From NCBI GenBank assembly GCA_050011555.1, contig JBEKIT010000009.1, positions 17,807-81,806 on the forward strand: DNA of 64,000 bases. The letters are read 5' to 3'. The stretch is from Candidatus Dormibacteria bacterium. GTDB lineage: Bacteria > Chloroflexota > Dormibacteria > Aeolococcales > Aeolococcaceae. A program made the translations under genes and the position numbers. Positions 37,346 through 47,465 of the stretch are shown one piece after another (the stretch's first letter is position 1; every line of letters starts with the position of its first letter). The notes under the pieces were generated by a model, which was given only the letters and a program-made list of their open reading frames with translations, had not been told where the DNA came from and searched no databases.

Positions 37346-37873
37346 GTGAGTGCGGCGCTGGACCCGGGGCTGGTGCCCGCCGACCGGCGCCTCGAGGAGC
37401 TGAGGCTGGCGGCGGCGCTGAGACGCGGCTTCCGGCATGCCCAAATCCTGATGGCCCATTCGCTGGCCGAGTACGACCTGAGCGCCCTCTCCTACCACCT
37501 ACTGCTGGAGGTCGGTGCCGCGGGACGTGAAGGCGTCGTCCAGGGCGACCTCGCCGACCTCCTGCAGTGCCCCGAGGCGCGGGTCTCGACCCTGGTCCGC
37601 GACATGAGCAGCCGAGGCCTGGTCGTGGCCGCCCGCTGGGCGCCCGACCGGAGGGTTGTCCACATCCGCGCCACCACCCGTGGGATCCGGCTGACCCATG
37701 AGGCCCTGCACCGTCAGCGGGAGGCCCTGACCAGCCTCTCGGACTACGCCGGCCTGCCCAGTGTGACCTCGCTGCTCCAGGCCGCCCTGCGCCTCTACCT
37801 CGGCGTCGACGTCTCCCTGGACGGGGTGGTCGCCAGGGTGGTCGCCTCCTCGGCGGGCGCCGAGCAGCGCTGA
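37346..37873 (+). CDS. MarR-family regulator
   Basis: YDLS..YHLL, QGDLA..VSTLV..GLV..PDRR..TTRG. Confidence 0.8.
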   Translation: MSAALDPGLVPADRRLEELRLAAALRRGFRHAQILMAHSLAEYDLSALSYHLLLEVGAAGREGVVQGDLADLLQCPEARVSTLVRDMSSRGLVVAARWAPDRRVVHIRATTRGIRLTHEALHRQREALTSLSDYAGLPSVTSLLQAALRLYLGVDVSLDGVVARVVASSAGAEQR

Positions 37874-38051
37874 GGGCGACGGTCGCCGTCTCTGGCCGCC
37901 GACCCCGGCCGGTAGCGGAACTGGCCGACCCGATGGGAAAGGGCCCCGTCCCAGCAACTCGTCGACCTCGGCGGCGAGAGCGGCCTGCAGAGCCGCTTGC
38001 CCACCCACCTCCCGATCTATCGCGAGCCCGCCACCAGCCGGTCCCTCGCGG

Positions 38052-38690
38052 TCATGACCGCTGCGCAAAGATGAGGGCCCCAGCCACGCAGCGGGCTGCC
38101 AGCCGGGCGTAGCCGGGAGCTCGCGCCGCCAGCCAGGCGGCCTCCCGCCAGCGGCGCGGGTCCAGGGCAGAACGACCCGGGGACGTCCACCGCTCCGACA
38201 CCTCCGCCGCGGGGGCGTCGACGATCACCCGGAGGCTCGCCAGCGGCGCACCCGTGGAGGCGAGCAGCGCCGTCTCCATCTCCGCGGCGACGAACCCCTT
38301 CTCCGCCCAGGCGCGCCGGGCCTCGCCCACGACCAGCCTCCGGGCGGTCAGCATCGGGCCGACCACCGGCTCCTGCCCGCAGGCGCGCGCCCCCGCCACC
38401 AGCGCCGCCACCCACCTGGGATCGCAGGCCACCGGGTCGCCGTCCTCGAACGCCACCGACTCCGCCACCACCACGGTCCCGGGTCGCAGGTCGGACCAGA
38501 GCCCGCCCGCCAGACCGCAGGTGATCAGCGCGGGTCGTGGCGGGGGCGGCGGCTCCCAGCGGCTCAATGAGATCCCGCAGCGCACCACCGGCGCCGGGTT
38601 GCCGGCGGCGGCGAGGGCACGGCGCACCGCCCGCCACTCCAGTCCCATCGGCGCCAGCACCAGGACGTCGCGGTCGGACGTCTCAGCCAC
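38052..38690 (-). CDS. hpnG: Hopanoid-associated nucleoside phosphorylase (HpnG-like)
   Basis: LITCGLAGGL..RPGTVV, AAEMET, LRVIVD; last gene of hpn operon. Confidence 0.7.
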   Translation of the reverse strand: MAETSDRDVLVLAPMGLEWRAVRRALAAAGNPAPVVRCGISLSRWEPPPPPRPALITCGLAGGLWSDLRPGTVVVAESVAFEDGDPVACDPRWVAALVAGARACGQEPVVGPMLTARRLVVGEARRAWAEKGFVAAEMETALLASTGAPLASLRVIVDAPAAEVSERWTSPGRSALDPRRWREAAWLAARAPGYARLAARCVAGALIFAQRS

Positions 38691-38740
38691 GGCCGCTCAA
38701 CCGGGTCGCGGGGGATGTCCAGGTCAAGGAGGCGAGCAGC

Positions 38741-39718
38741 TCAGGCGTAGCCGTGGTCGCGGAACCAGGTCACCGCCCGGCCGGCGGCGTCCTCGACCGA
38801 GGTGGGCCGGAAACTCAGCTCGTCCCTCGCCTTGTCGATGCGCACCATCATCCGGAGGCGGCCCATCCGCACCCCCTCCAGGGGCACCCGGGGCTCGGCG
38901 CGCGGCCAGAGACGGCAGCGGGCCTCGTCGAACCAGGCGGCGGTCAGCGCCACCGGGTAGGGCATGCGCCACTCCGGCGGGCGGCTGCCTGCGTGCCGGG
39001 CGAAGAGGCCCATCACCTCGGCAAGGCTAAGATTCTGCCCGCCCACCAGGTAGCGCTCCCCGGGATGGCCGCGCTCCAGGGCGAGCACGTGGGCGCGGCC
39101 GACGTCCTCCACCGCCACCAGGTTCATCGCCCCGTCGAGGTACGCGGGGATCCGGCCGCGCATGACGTCGACCACGATCTGGCCGGTGGGCGTCGGCCGG
39201 GCGTCGCGGGGCCCGATGGGCGCGGTGGGCAGCACCGTCACCACCGGCAGGTTGGCCCGGAGCGCGGCCCGCTCCTGGAGCACCTTGGAGGCGTGGTAGC
39301 CGTGCCCGCCGCGGACCTCAGCCCAGTCGCTCTCGGTCGCCAGCCGCCCGCCGCGGAGCGGCCCGACGGTCGCGGAGCTCGACGTCATCACCGCCCGCTC
39401 GACCCCGGCCAGCCGCGCCGCCTCGAGCAGGCTGCGGGTGCCTTTCACGTTGACCGCCTCCATCTCTCGCCGGTCCCGCGGCGCGAACGAATAGGCCGCC
39501 GCCACGTGCACCAGGAAGCGGCATCCGCGGAGCGACGGCACCAGGGCGCCACCGTCGCGCAGGTCTCCGCTCACCACGGTCAGGCCGGGCCTCGCGGGGA
39601 GCCGGCGCGGAGAGCCGCGCACCAGCGCCCTGACGCCGTACCCGGACTCGAGCAGCGCGTCGAGCACGTGCCCGCCCACGAAGCCGGTGGCCCCGGTGAG
39701 GAAGACCTCGTCAGCCAT
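38741..39718 (-). CDS. hpnA: Hopanoid-associated NAD-dependent epimerase/dehydratase
   Basis: TGATGFVG, HVAA.Y, TSS, YHASK, PIGPRDARPTPTG. Confidence 0.88.
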   Translation of the reverse strand: MADEVFLTGATGFVGGHVLDALLESGYGVRALVRGSPRRLPARPGLTVVSGDLRDGGALVPSLRGCRFLVHVAAAYSFAPRDRREMEAVNVKGTRSLLEAARLAGVERAVMTSSSATVGPLRGGRLATESDWAEVRGGHGYHASKVLQERAALRANLPVVTVLPTAPIGPRDARPTPTGQIVVDVMRGRIPAYLDGAMNLVAVEDVGRAHVLALERGHPGERYLVGGQNLSLAEVMGLFARHAGSRPPEWRMPYPVALTAAWFDEARCRLWPRAEPRVPLEGVRMGRLRMMVRIDKARDELSFRPTSVEDAAGRAVTWFRDHGYA

Positions 39719-39891
39719 CAGCAGCCTCGCCTACGCGCCGCCGGGGCGCATCGTCTTCGGGGGGACCGGCGTCGGACGGCTCTGCCGTCCGCGCCTCGTG
39801 CTCGGCGGCATTGCGCTGCCGCCTGCGCAAGCCCCCACTGCGACGACGCGCCCCACCGGCGCCGGCGGCTGATGATCCCCGTCTCGAATGC

Positions 39892-40998
39892 TCATGCGAT
39901 CTCTCGCTCCTCCTCCGGCGACTGGGTGCCCGCGGGCGGCTGAGGCGCGGGGCTGATCCGGCCCCTCCAGCTGATGTTGGAGATCTGGCCGCGGAGGGTG
40001 TCGCCGGCGGCGCGCAGGCCCTCGCGCAGCGACGCGGAGGTCGCCGCCACCGCGGTCGGCTCGTACCCGCAGTGGGCCATGCAGTTGGCGCAGCGCGGGT
40101 CGCGGCCCCGCCCGTAGCTGTCCCAATCGGTCGTCTCCAGCAGCTCCCGGTAGGAGGAGACATAGCCGTCGGCCATCAGGTAGCAGGGCCGCTGCCAGCC
40201 GAAGACCGAGTAGCAGGGGATCCCCCACGCCGTGCACTGGAAGTCCACCTTCCCCTCCAGGAAGTCGAGGAAGAGCGGGGAGTGGTTGAGCCGCCAGCGC
40301 CGGCGCCGACCGTCGGCGAAGGCGTCCCGGAACAGCTTGTGGGTCTTCTCCACCTGCAGCCAGTGCTCCTGGTCGGGGGCCTTCTCGTAGGCGTAGCCGG
40401 GGGAGATCTGCATGACATCGACCTGGAGGTCATCGTTGAGGAAGTCGAGGACCTCGCGGATCGACTGGGCGCTGTCCATGTCGAAGAAGGTGGTGTTGGT
40501 GGTCACCCGGAAGCCGCGCCGCTTGGCCTCGCGGGCGGCGGCCACCGCCTTGTCGAAGGTCCCCCGCCGGCTGACCGACGCGTCGTGGCGCTCGCGCAGC
40601 CCGTCGATGTGGATCGAGAAGGAGAAGTACGGGGAAGGGGTGAAGTTGTCGAGCTTCTTCTCCAGCAGCAGCGCGTTGGTGCAGAGATAGACGTATCGCT
40701 TGCGGGCCACCAGCGCGTCGACGATCTTGTGGATCTCCTTGTGGACCAGGGGCTCGCCGCCGGCGATCGAGACCATGGGGGCCCCGCACTCCTCGGCCGC
40801 CGCCACGCATTGCTCGACGGTCAGCCGGCGGGCCAGGATGTCGTCCGGGTGCTGGATCTTGCCGCAGCCGACGCAGGCGAGGTTGCACTGGTAGAGCGGC
40901 TCGAGCTGGAGCACTAGCGCGTACTTCTCGTTCTTGCGCAGCCGCTGCTCCATCAGGTAGCCGCCGACCTTGACGGTCTGGCGGAGTGGTACGGCCAT
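39892..40998 (-). CDS. hpnH: Adenosylhopane synthase radical SAM
   Basis: LEPLYQCNLACVGCGKIQ, SIAGGEPL, SPGYAYEKAPDQ, CANCMAHCGYE. Confidence 0.95.
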   Translation of the reverse strand: MAVPLRQTVKVGGYLMEQRLRKNEKYALVLQLEPLYQCNLACVGCGKIQHPDDILARRLTVEQCVAAAEECGAPMVSIAGGEPLVHKEIHKIVDALVARKRYVYLCTNALLLEKKLDNFTPSPYFSFSIHIDGLRERHDASVSRRGTFDKAVAAAREAKRRGFRVTTNTTFFDMDSAQSIREVLDFLNDDLQVDVMQISPGYAYEKAPDQEHWLQVEKTHKLFRDAFADGRRRRWRLNHSPLFLDFLEGKVDFQCTAWGIPCYSVFGWQRPCYLMADGYVSSYRELLETTDWDSYGRGRDPRCANCMAHCGYEPTAVAATSASLREGLRAAGDTLRGQISNISWRGRISPAPQPPAGTQSPEEEREIA

Positions 40999-41001
40999 GG
41001 C

Positions 41002-43008
41002 TCAGTCCTCCCTGTCCGGTTCGGATGCGGGGCTCTCGGAGGACGGTCCGGCAACCGTCCTCCCCGCCGCTGCGGCAACGTTCGAGGGTGATGCGGGCCG
41101 CTCCAGCGTCTGGCCGGCCGCGGGCTGGTCCGCCGGCTGCCTCTCGGCCGGGGTTCCGTGCAGCTCACCGAATTCGCCGAGGCCCCCGTCCATGGCCAGG
41201 GCCATGGTCGGGAAGAGGTGCCGGTACATCCCGTAGTTGAGGTAGAAGTCACCGGGGAAGCCGGTCCCGGTGTACTCCGGCTCGGGCCAGGTGCGCCCCT
41301 GCTGGCGCTCGCGGAGGAACGCGAGACCGCGTCGGCAGGCGGAGTGCTCACCGTGGCCGCTCCGCTGCAGCGCCATCACCGCCCAGGCGGTCTGCGAGGC
41401 GGTGCTGACGCCCACGCCGGCGAAGCTCTCGTCCTCGTAGGAGTGGCAGGTCTCCCCCCAGCCCCCATCCCGGTTCTGCGCCTGCAGCAGCCACCTGACG
41501 GCCCGCGGCAGGTGGGGACCGCCGCAGCCCAGCGCGGCGAGCGCCGAGATCACACACCAGGTTCCGTAGACGTGGTTGACGCCCCAGCGTCCGTACCAGG
41601 ACCCCGACGTGCGCTGCTCGCGGGCGAGGTAGCGAAGCCCGCCCCGCACCACCGGGTCGTCGGTGCCGCGTCCCAGCCCCGCGAGCATCTCCAGGACGTG
41701 GGCGGTGACGTCCTCGCTGGGAGGGTCGAGCATCGCCCCGAAGTCGGCGAAGGGGATGCGGTAGACGAGCTGGCGGGTGTTGTCCTTGTCGAAGGAGCCC
41801 CAGGCACCGTTGCTCGAGCGCATCGCCTCCGCCCACCGGGCCCCCTTCTCGGCGGCGGCCCGCACCACCGGGCCGTCACCGCCCTCGAGCAGGGCCAGCA
41901 CCACGATCGCGGTGTCGTCAACGTCGGGATAGATGTCGTTGTCGAACTCGAAGGCCCAGCCGCCGCATTCCCGGACGGGCACCTTCACCTGCCAGTCGCC
42001 GCCCCTCTCGATCTGCTCGCCGACGATCCAGTCCACCGCCGCGCGGACCGCGGGATGAGACCGGGACAGCCCGGCGGCGCGGAGCGCGAGCACCGCCCAC
42101 GCGGTGTCCCAGACCGGCGACATGCAGGCCTGGAGGCGCCAGCCCTCGGCGTCGGAGACCGCGAAGCGCTCGTTCAGGCCGCGCAGGCCGAGCCGCATCA
42201 CCGGGTGGTCGACCGCCATCCCCTGCAGGTTGAGCGCGATGAGCGAATAGACCCAGGGTGGCTGGATCCCCCCCCAGCTCCCGTCGGCCTCCTGGTGATC
42301 GACGATCCAGGTGGCGAGGCCGCGCCGGGCGCGCTCGCGTCCGGGTTGGCGGGGCAGCCGCTCATAGACCTTCTGGAGCTTGTCGAGCCACCAGAACACC
42401 CCGGCGCCGGGCACCCGGTGCAGCAGTGCCTCGGTGCCGGGGGCGACCAGCTCCTGCACGTCGAACCCGAGCGGGCGCACCGGCCGCCGGCTCAGCACGA
42501 TGAGCAGGGGGGCGATGGTGCCGCGCGCCCAGCAGGCGAAGTCGTAGAGGTTGAGTGGGGCGCGCGACGGCAGATGGATCAATTCGGGCGGCATCGACGG
42601 CACCCCGTCCCACGGGTACTGGCCGAAGAGGGCCAGCCAGAGCTTGGTGAAGACGCGTGCCCGGGCCAGCCCCCCCTGGGCGAGGATGAAGCGGCGCGCC
42701 CGGGCCACCGGCTCCGCCGCGGCATCCAGGCCGAGCAGGCGGAGGGCGACGTAGGCCTCGACGGTGGTGCTGAGGTCGCCGGGCCCGTCGAAGTAGAGCG
42801 ACCAGCTGCCGTCGGCGCGCTGCTTACCGAGGATGTGCCGCCGCGCGCCCGCGGCGATCTCCTCGTGGTCCACGCCGAGGAAGCGGAGCAGCAGGACGTG
42901 CTCCGCGGTCATGGTGACGTTGGTCTCCATCTCCGCCGTCCACCAGCCCGCCGGTTCCTGACGCTCCAGCAGCCAGTCCACCGCGTTGTCGAGGGCGGTG
43001 TCACTCAT
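41002..43008 (-). CDS. shc: Squalene-hopene cyclase
   Basis: YPDVDDTA, QW repeats (QRADGSW, QEADGSWGGIQPP, QNRDGGWGE), TGTGFPGDFYLNY. Confidence 0.97.
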   Translation of the reverse strand: MSDTALDNAVDWLLERQEPAGWWTAEMETNVTMTAEHVLLLRFLGVDHEEIAAGARRHILGKQRADGSWSLYFDGPGDLSTTVEAYVALRLLGLDAAAEPVARARRFILAQGGLARARVFTKLWLALFGQYPWDGVPSMPPELIHLPSRAPLNLYDFACWARGTIAPLLIVLSRRPVRPLGFDVQELVAPGTEALLHRVPGAGVFWWLDKLQKVYERLPRQPGRERARRGLATWIVDHQEADGSWGGIQPPWVYSLIALNLQGMAVDHPVMRLGLRGLNERFAVSDAEGWRLQACMSPVWDTAWAVLALRAAGLSRSHPAVRAAVDWIVGEQIERGGDWQVKVPVRECGGWAFEFDNDIYPDVDDTAIVVLALLEGGDGPVVRAAAEKGARWAEAMRSSNGAWGSFDKDNTRQLVYRIPFADFGAMLDPPSEDVTAHVLEMLAGLGRGTDDPVVRGGLRYLAREQRTSGSWYGRWGVNHVYGTWCVISALAALGCGGPHLPRAVRWLLQAQNRDGGWGETCHSYEDESFAGVGVSTASQTAWAVMALQRSGHGEHSACRRGLAFLRERQQGRTWPEPEYTGTGFPGDFYLNYGMYRHLFPTMALAMDGGLGEFGELHGTPAERQPADQPAAGQTLERPASPSNVAAAAGRTVAGPSSESPASEPDRED

Positions 43009-44452
43009 GGCGCGCCGCCAGGCTCGCGATGAGGGTTCGGGCGGCGACCCGGCCGCTGCGCACCGCCCCCTCCATGGTCGCCGGCCACCCGGTGTCGGTC
43101 CAGCAGCCGGCCAGCACGGCGTTCTCGATGGCGGTCGACGGCCCCGGACGCCGCAGCCCGGGGGCGGGCACGAAGGTCGCCTCCGGGTCGCGGATGGCGA
43201 CCCCTCGGAGCAGGACCGCGCCGACGAGCTCGGGGAGGCGGGCGCGCAGCTCGGAGTCGGCGAGGGCGACCAGGCGCTCCTCCGGCTGCAGCACCAGGTC
43301 GTCGGCGCTGCTCAGGCTGCAGCAGAGATGGCCAGGTCCCTTGGCGAAGACCCACTGCACCGGGGAGTCGACCATGGCCGCGAAGTCGAGGTCCGCGAGC
43401 GGATCGTGGCCGGTGACACCCACCGCGGCCGGCCGGTACCAGAGATGGACGTCCACGATCGGCTGGGTGGTGAACGCCTCGAGGCCGGTGACCCGGAGGG
43501 CCTCGGCGCCGGCGATGCGGAGCAGCCGCTCCGGCGGGACGGCGAGCACGGCCGCGTCGCAGTCGAGCTCCAGCTCGCCCGTCCGCAGACCGCGCAGCCT
43601 CCCGTCCTCGACGCGGAGCCCGGTCACCGCGGTGCGCAGGCGCACCTCGTCGCAGCGCTCCGCCGCCCGCTCCGCGAAACGAGCCAGGGGCACGGTGGCG
43701 TACCCGATCCGGGCGGCGTCACGGTCCCCGAGCAGGGCGGTGCGGACCACCATGAGGCCGGAGGCGGCGCTCACCCGGTCGAAGGGGGCGTTGAGGGCCG
43801 GAATCAGGAACGGCTCCCAGAATCCGCGCAGCGCCGGCGCGCTCTGGCCATGCCGCCGCAGCCAGGCGGCGAACGTCTCCGAGTCCTCGCCCGGATGGGG
43901 GCGGCGGGCGGCGACCAGGGCGCGGACGACCTGCAGTCGCGCTCGGAAGGCGAGGGCCCGGAAGGTGAGGAAGGGGAGGGCGAGGTGCAGCGGCGCGGGC
44001 AGGCGCAGCGCACGGAGCCGGGCGCGCCCGTGAGGGGTGAGCATCAGCACGTCGAATCGCTCCTGGAGCCGGAGGTCGCCGCGCATCCCCAGCTCCCCGG
44101 CCAGCTCGAGGAAGCTGGTGTAGCAGCCCAGGATCGCGTGCTGCCCGCTGTCCATCTCGAGGTCGCCGAGCTGGAACGAGGTCGCCTTGCCGCCGAGCAG
44201 GCGGCTCCGCTCGAGCAGGGTGACCCGGAAGCCGTTGCGCTTCAGCTCGAGAGCGGCCGCGAGCCCGGCGAGGCCGGCACCGACCACGGCGACATGCGTG
44301 GCGGGCATGGCGCTCACGTCGCTCGGGGTCCGGCCGTCGGCACGCCTTGACCGGCGTGCTGCGGCCTCTTCTCGGCGCGATTGCGCTCGCGCCTGCAAAG
44401 AACCCGCTCGCTCAGCGATCGCCATCCCCGCCTCGTCAGGATCCGCGCTCAT
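43001..44452 (-). CDS. hpnE: Hydroxysqualene dehydroxylase
   Basis: VVGAGLAG, LGGKATSF, DSGQHAILGCY, WTDTGWPATMEGAVRSG; ATGA coupling to upstream gene. Confidence 0.9.
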   Translation of the reverse strand: MSADPDEAGMAIAERAGSLQARAQSRREEAAARRSRRADGRTPSDVSAMPATHVAVVGAGLAGLAAALELKRNGFRVTLLERSRLLGGKATSFQLGDLEMDSGQHAILGCYTSFLELAGELGMRGDLRLQERFDVLMLTPHGRARLRALRLPAPLHLALPFLTFRALAFRARLQVVRALVAARRPHPGEDSETFAAWLRRHGQSAPALRGFWEPFLIPALNAPFDRVSAASGLMVVRTALLGDRDAARIGYATVPLARFAERAAERCDEVRLRTAVTGLRVEDGRLRGLRTGELELDCDAAVLAVPPERLLRIAGAEALRVTGLEAFTTQPIVDVHLWYRPAAVGVTGHDPLADLDFAAMVDSPVQWVFAKGPGHLCCSLSSADDLVLQPEERLVALADSELRARLPELVGAVLLRGVAIRDPEATFVPAPGLRRPGPSTAIENAVLAGCWTDTGWPATMEGAVRSGRVAARTLIASLAARHE

Positions 44453-46317
44453 CGTCCCGGCCCGATGGCCGCGGCGACCCAGGAGCGGACCATCACCTCC
44501 GCCTTCTCGCCGGAGGAGAGCCGCACCCGCTGCCGGAGCGGCAGCTCCGGCTCCGCCTCGATGCGGTCGAGGATCCCGCTGTAGATCCCGGCCATGGTCC
44601 GGACGCATGCCCGCGCCGGCCCGGGGATGTGCCGGCAGACCTCGATGCCGGTCGCGTACAGGCGGCGGGCGCGGGCGGCCTCGAACTCGACCAGCGAGGT
44701 CCAGGCGCCGTCGGGCTCACCGGCGAGCACCGCCGCCTCGGAGACGCCGAAGCGGGCCAGCTCGTCCTGGGGCAGGTACACCCGGCCCATCGAGGCATCC
44801 TCGCGGACGTCACGGAGGATGTTGATCAGCTGGAGCGCCGCGCCCAGCGAGTCGGCGCGCTCCAGGGCGTCGTCGTTCTCGAAGCCGAAGATGCGCACGC
44901 ACATCCGCCCGACCACCCCGGCCACCAGCTGGCAGTACCCCCTGAGCTCCTCCCACGAGGCGTAGCGGCGCAGGCTGAGGTCCATCTCGACGCCGCTCAC
45001 CAGCTCCTCCAGCTCCGTCGCCGGGATCCGGTGCCGCCGCACCGCACGGGCGAGCACCTGCATCACCGGGTCGTGCCCCGGGTCGCCGTCGAGTGCCCGG
45101 CGCAGCCGCTGGCGCTGGAGGTCGAGCTGGACCGCCGCGTCCACCGCGCCCGGCCCGTCGGTGGCGTCGTCGATCTGGCGGGCGAAGTCGTACAGCGCGT
45201 AGATGGAGACGCGCTGGGTGCGCGGCAGGGCGATGAAGCCCCAGTAGAAGTTCCCGGCCTCACGCCGGGCCATCCGCTGGCAGTAGAGCTCGGCCGCCGC
45301 CAGCGAGCCGTCCTGGTGACCTCGCCCGATCGGGGCTCTCCGGGCCCCGGTGAGCAGGGCCAACCCGCCCCCGGGGGGCCCCGGCGTCGATCTGGCCGCC
45401 GCGTTCACGGCGCCCGGCCCAGGGCCGGCGGTCCCCGGCGCCGCCCCGCTCGCCGCGTTCACCCACCCGTCGACGGATGGCCGGCCAGCGGCCTCGGAGA
45501 GGGCGGATGCCACCAGCCGCAGCTTGGTGGCGGTCGAGACCTCCGGCCGGCGGAGGTCGGTCCGGAAGCCGTCGCGCCGGATCGCCTCCACGATCGCGTC
45601 GCCGCCTCGGCGGTAGAGGCTGAGCTGGAGGCGAAGCCGGGCGGGCATGGGGAGGCGCTCCAGCTCGCGGCCGGATCGGAGCAGGAGGAGGGCGCGCTCG
45701 CACATGGCCTCCACCGCGCCGGGAAGGCCGAGACGGTCCAGCTCGGATTGGATCAGATAGGTGCGCCCCTTGCCGCGGTCGACAGCCACGTCCTGGGCGA
45801 AGTTGGCGAGCTGCAGTCCGACGCAGACGTCGTCGGAGAGCGGCACCGCCCGGGGATCGGCGACCTCGAAGAGGCGGAGCACCATCCGGCCGACCGGAGC
45901 GGCCGAGAGCATGCAGTAGGCCTCGAGATCCTCCCACGTGGGATAGCCGGTGACCCGCTGGTCCTGGACGTTGGCGGCGATCAGGTCGAGAAAGGGCTCG
46001 GCCGGGATCTCGAAGCGCGCCACCGTGCCGGCCAGGGCGACCAGCACCGGGTGCACCGGCGGCCGGCCCTCGAACATCGCCTCGACCTCCGACCGCCAGA
46101 GCTGCAGCCGCCAGAGCGCGGCGTCGCCGCTCTCGTCGCCGAGGTCGTCGGTGGTCCGGCAGTAGGCGTAGATCCGGGCCAGGTGGAGCCGGAGGGGCCG
46201 GGGGGTCACCCGCGAGGCCACCGAGAAGTTCTCGTAGTGGCGCCGCGCCATCCGCACACAGAGGGCGTCGGCCTCGCGCTGGCCGAGCGTCGGGGCGGTG
46301 AGTCGGAGCGCGCTCAC
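44449..46317 (-). CDS. hpnCD: Fused HpnC-HpnD (hydroxysqualene synthase + presqualene diphosphate synthase)
   Basis: N domain HYENFSVAS..CRTTDDLGDE..SAAPVGR..QLANFAQD (HpnC); C domain NFYWGF..RQIDDATD..VAGVVG..QLINILRDVRED (HpnD); Ala/Gly/Pro linker. Confidence 0.9.
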   Translation of the reverse strand: MSALRLTAPTLGQREADALCVRMARRHYENFSVASRVTPRPLRLHLARIYAYCRTTDDLGDESGDAALWRLQLWRSEVEAMFEGRPPVHPVLVALAGTVARFEIPAEPFLDLIAANVQDQRVTGYPTWEDLEAYCMLSAAPVGRMVLRLFEVADPRAVPLSDDVCVGLQLANFAQDVAVDRGKGRTYLIQSELDRLGLPGAVEAMCERALLLLRSGRELERLPMPARLRLQLSLYRRGGDAIVEAIRRDGFRTDLRRPEVSTATKLRLVASALSEAAGRPSVDGWVNAASGAAPGTAGPGPGAVNAAARSTPGPPGGGLALLTGARRAPIGRGHQDGSLAAAELYCQRMARREAGNFYWGFIALPRTQRVSIYALYDFARQIDDATDGPGAVDAAVQLDLQRQRLRRALDGDPGHDPVMQVLARAVRRHRIPATELEELVSGVEMDLSLRRYASWEELRGYCQLVAGVVGRMCVRIFGFENDDALERADSLGAALQLINILRDVREDASMGRVYLPQDELARFGVSEAAVLAGEPDGAWTSLVEFEAARARRLYATGIEVCRHIPGPARACVRTMAGIYSGILDRIEAEPELPLRQRVRLSSGEKAEVMVRSWVAAAIGPGR

Positions 46318-47417
46318 CGTGCCTCTCCGCTGCCGCCTGTCCCCGCCTCGGGGGCGGGGCGGGGCAGCAGCCGGCCATCTCGGCGGAGCCGGTCGAGGTC
46401 GGGCGCGCCGGTGCAGAACATCGTGATCCGCAGGGTGTCGGTGATCTCGGTCACCGCCGCATCGAGCGCGTCGGCGCTACCCGCGGCCGCCCGGAGCATG
46501 GTGCCGGCGCTCCCCACCAGGTCGGCCCCGAGGGCGATCGCCATCGCCGCCTCCACCCCGCCGCGGATCCCGCCGCTGGCGATGAGGGTGCCCCGCGGCG
46601 CGGCCCGGCGGGCCAGCCGGATGGCGTCGGCGGTGGGCAGCCCCCAGTCGGCGAAGGCGGCGGCCACCCGCGCGCGCACCGGGTCGGCGATGCGGTGCCG
46701 CTCCACCTCGCTCCAGGAGGTGCCTCCGGCGCCGGCGACGTCGACCGCGGTCACGCCGGCCTCGAAGAGCCGGGTGACCAGGTCGGGGGCTATCCCCCAG
46801 CCCACCTCCTTGACGATCACCGGAATCCCGAGCGTCGAGCAGAGCTCGTCGATGCGGGTGAGGAGACCGGCGAACCGGGTGTCGCCCTCCGGCTGCAGGG
46901 CCTCCTGGAGGGGGTTGAGGTGGAGCACCAGCGCGTCGGCCTCGAGCAGCTCGACGATCCGCCGGCAGGCGGCGGTCCCGACCCCGAGATTGAGCTGGAC
47001 CGCTCCCAGGTTGGCGAGCAGGGGCACGTCGGGGCAGAGGTCGCGGACGGCGAAGGTCGGGAGCACCTCGGGGTGCTCCAGGAGCACCCGGCACGAGCCC
47101 AGCCCCATGGCCACCCGGTGGCGCTGCGCCGCCTCCGCCAGGGTGCGGTTGATCTGGCGCGCCCGGTTCGTGCCGCCGGTCATGCACGAGAAGAGGAGGG
47201 GGGCCTCGAGCCGGCGTCCCAGGAAGGACGTCCCCAGCGTCACCGACTCGAGATCGATCTCAGGGAGCGCGCGGTGCTGGAAGTGGTAGCGCTCGAAGCC
47301 GGTGGTGATCCCCTTGGCGGCCACGTCCTCCTCGAGGTTGATCCGGATGTGCTCGGCCTTCCGGTCGACGATGTCGGGCTGGTCGGCGGGGAGGGGCGAG
47401 ACGCTGCCGAAGGTCAC
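46314..47417 (-). CDS. fni: Type 2 isopentenyl-diphosphate isomerase
   Basis: RKAEHI, MTGG, NLGAVQ, HLNPLQE..QPEGD, KEVGWG, GAGGTSW, ASGGIR. Confidence 0.95.
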   Translation of the reverse strand: MTFGSVSPLPADQPDIVDRKAEHIRINLEEDVAAKGITTGFERYHFQHRALPEIDLESVTLGTSFLGRRLEAPLLFSCMTGGTNRARQINRTLAEAAQRHRVAMGLGSCRVLLEHPEVLPTFAVRDLCPDVPLLANLGAVQLNLGVGTAACRRIVELLEADALVLHLNPLQEALQPEGDTRFAGLLTRIDELCSTLGIPVIVKEVGWGIAPDLVTRLFEAGVTAVDVAGAGGTSWSEVERHRIADPVRARVAAAFADWGLPTADAIRLARRAAPRGTLIASGGIRGGVEAAMAIALGADLVGSAGTMLRAAAGSADALDAAVTEITDTLRITMFCTGAPDLDRLRRDGRLLPRPAPEAGTGGSGEAR

Positions 47418-47465
47418 GGCTGGGGCTCCGCCGTCGCGCGTGCGAGCGTCACGGGGGCCGCCCTG

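Noticed and set aside
43001-46317. Carotenoid genes crtB/crtI
   Set aside because: HpnC/HpnD/HpnE-type motifs and coupling to shc indicate the squalene route
44347-47289. 980-aa plus-strand ORF and many other long overlapping ORFs (e.g. 10704-12458 -, 24317-26134 -, 26514-28601 +, 41158-43032 +)
   Set aside because: Antisense or off-frame shadows of clear genes; Arg/Pro/Gly-rich, no motifs, expected at this GC content
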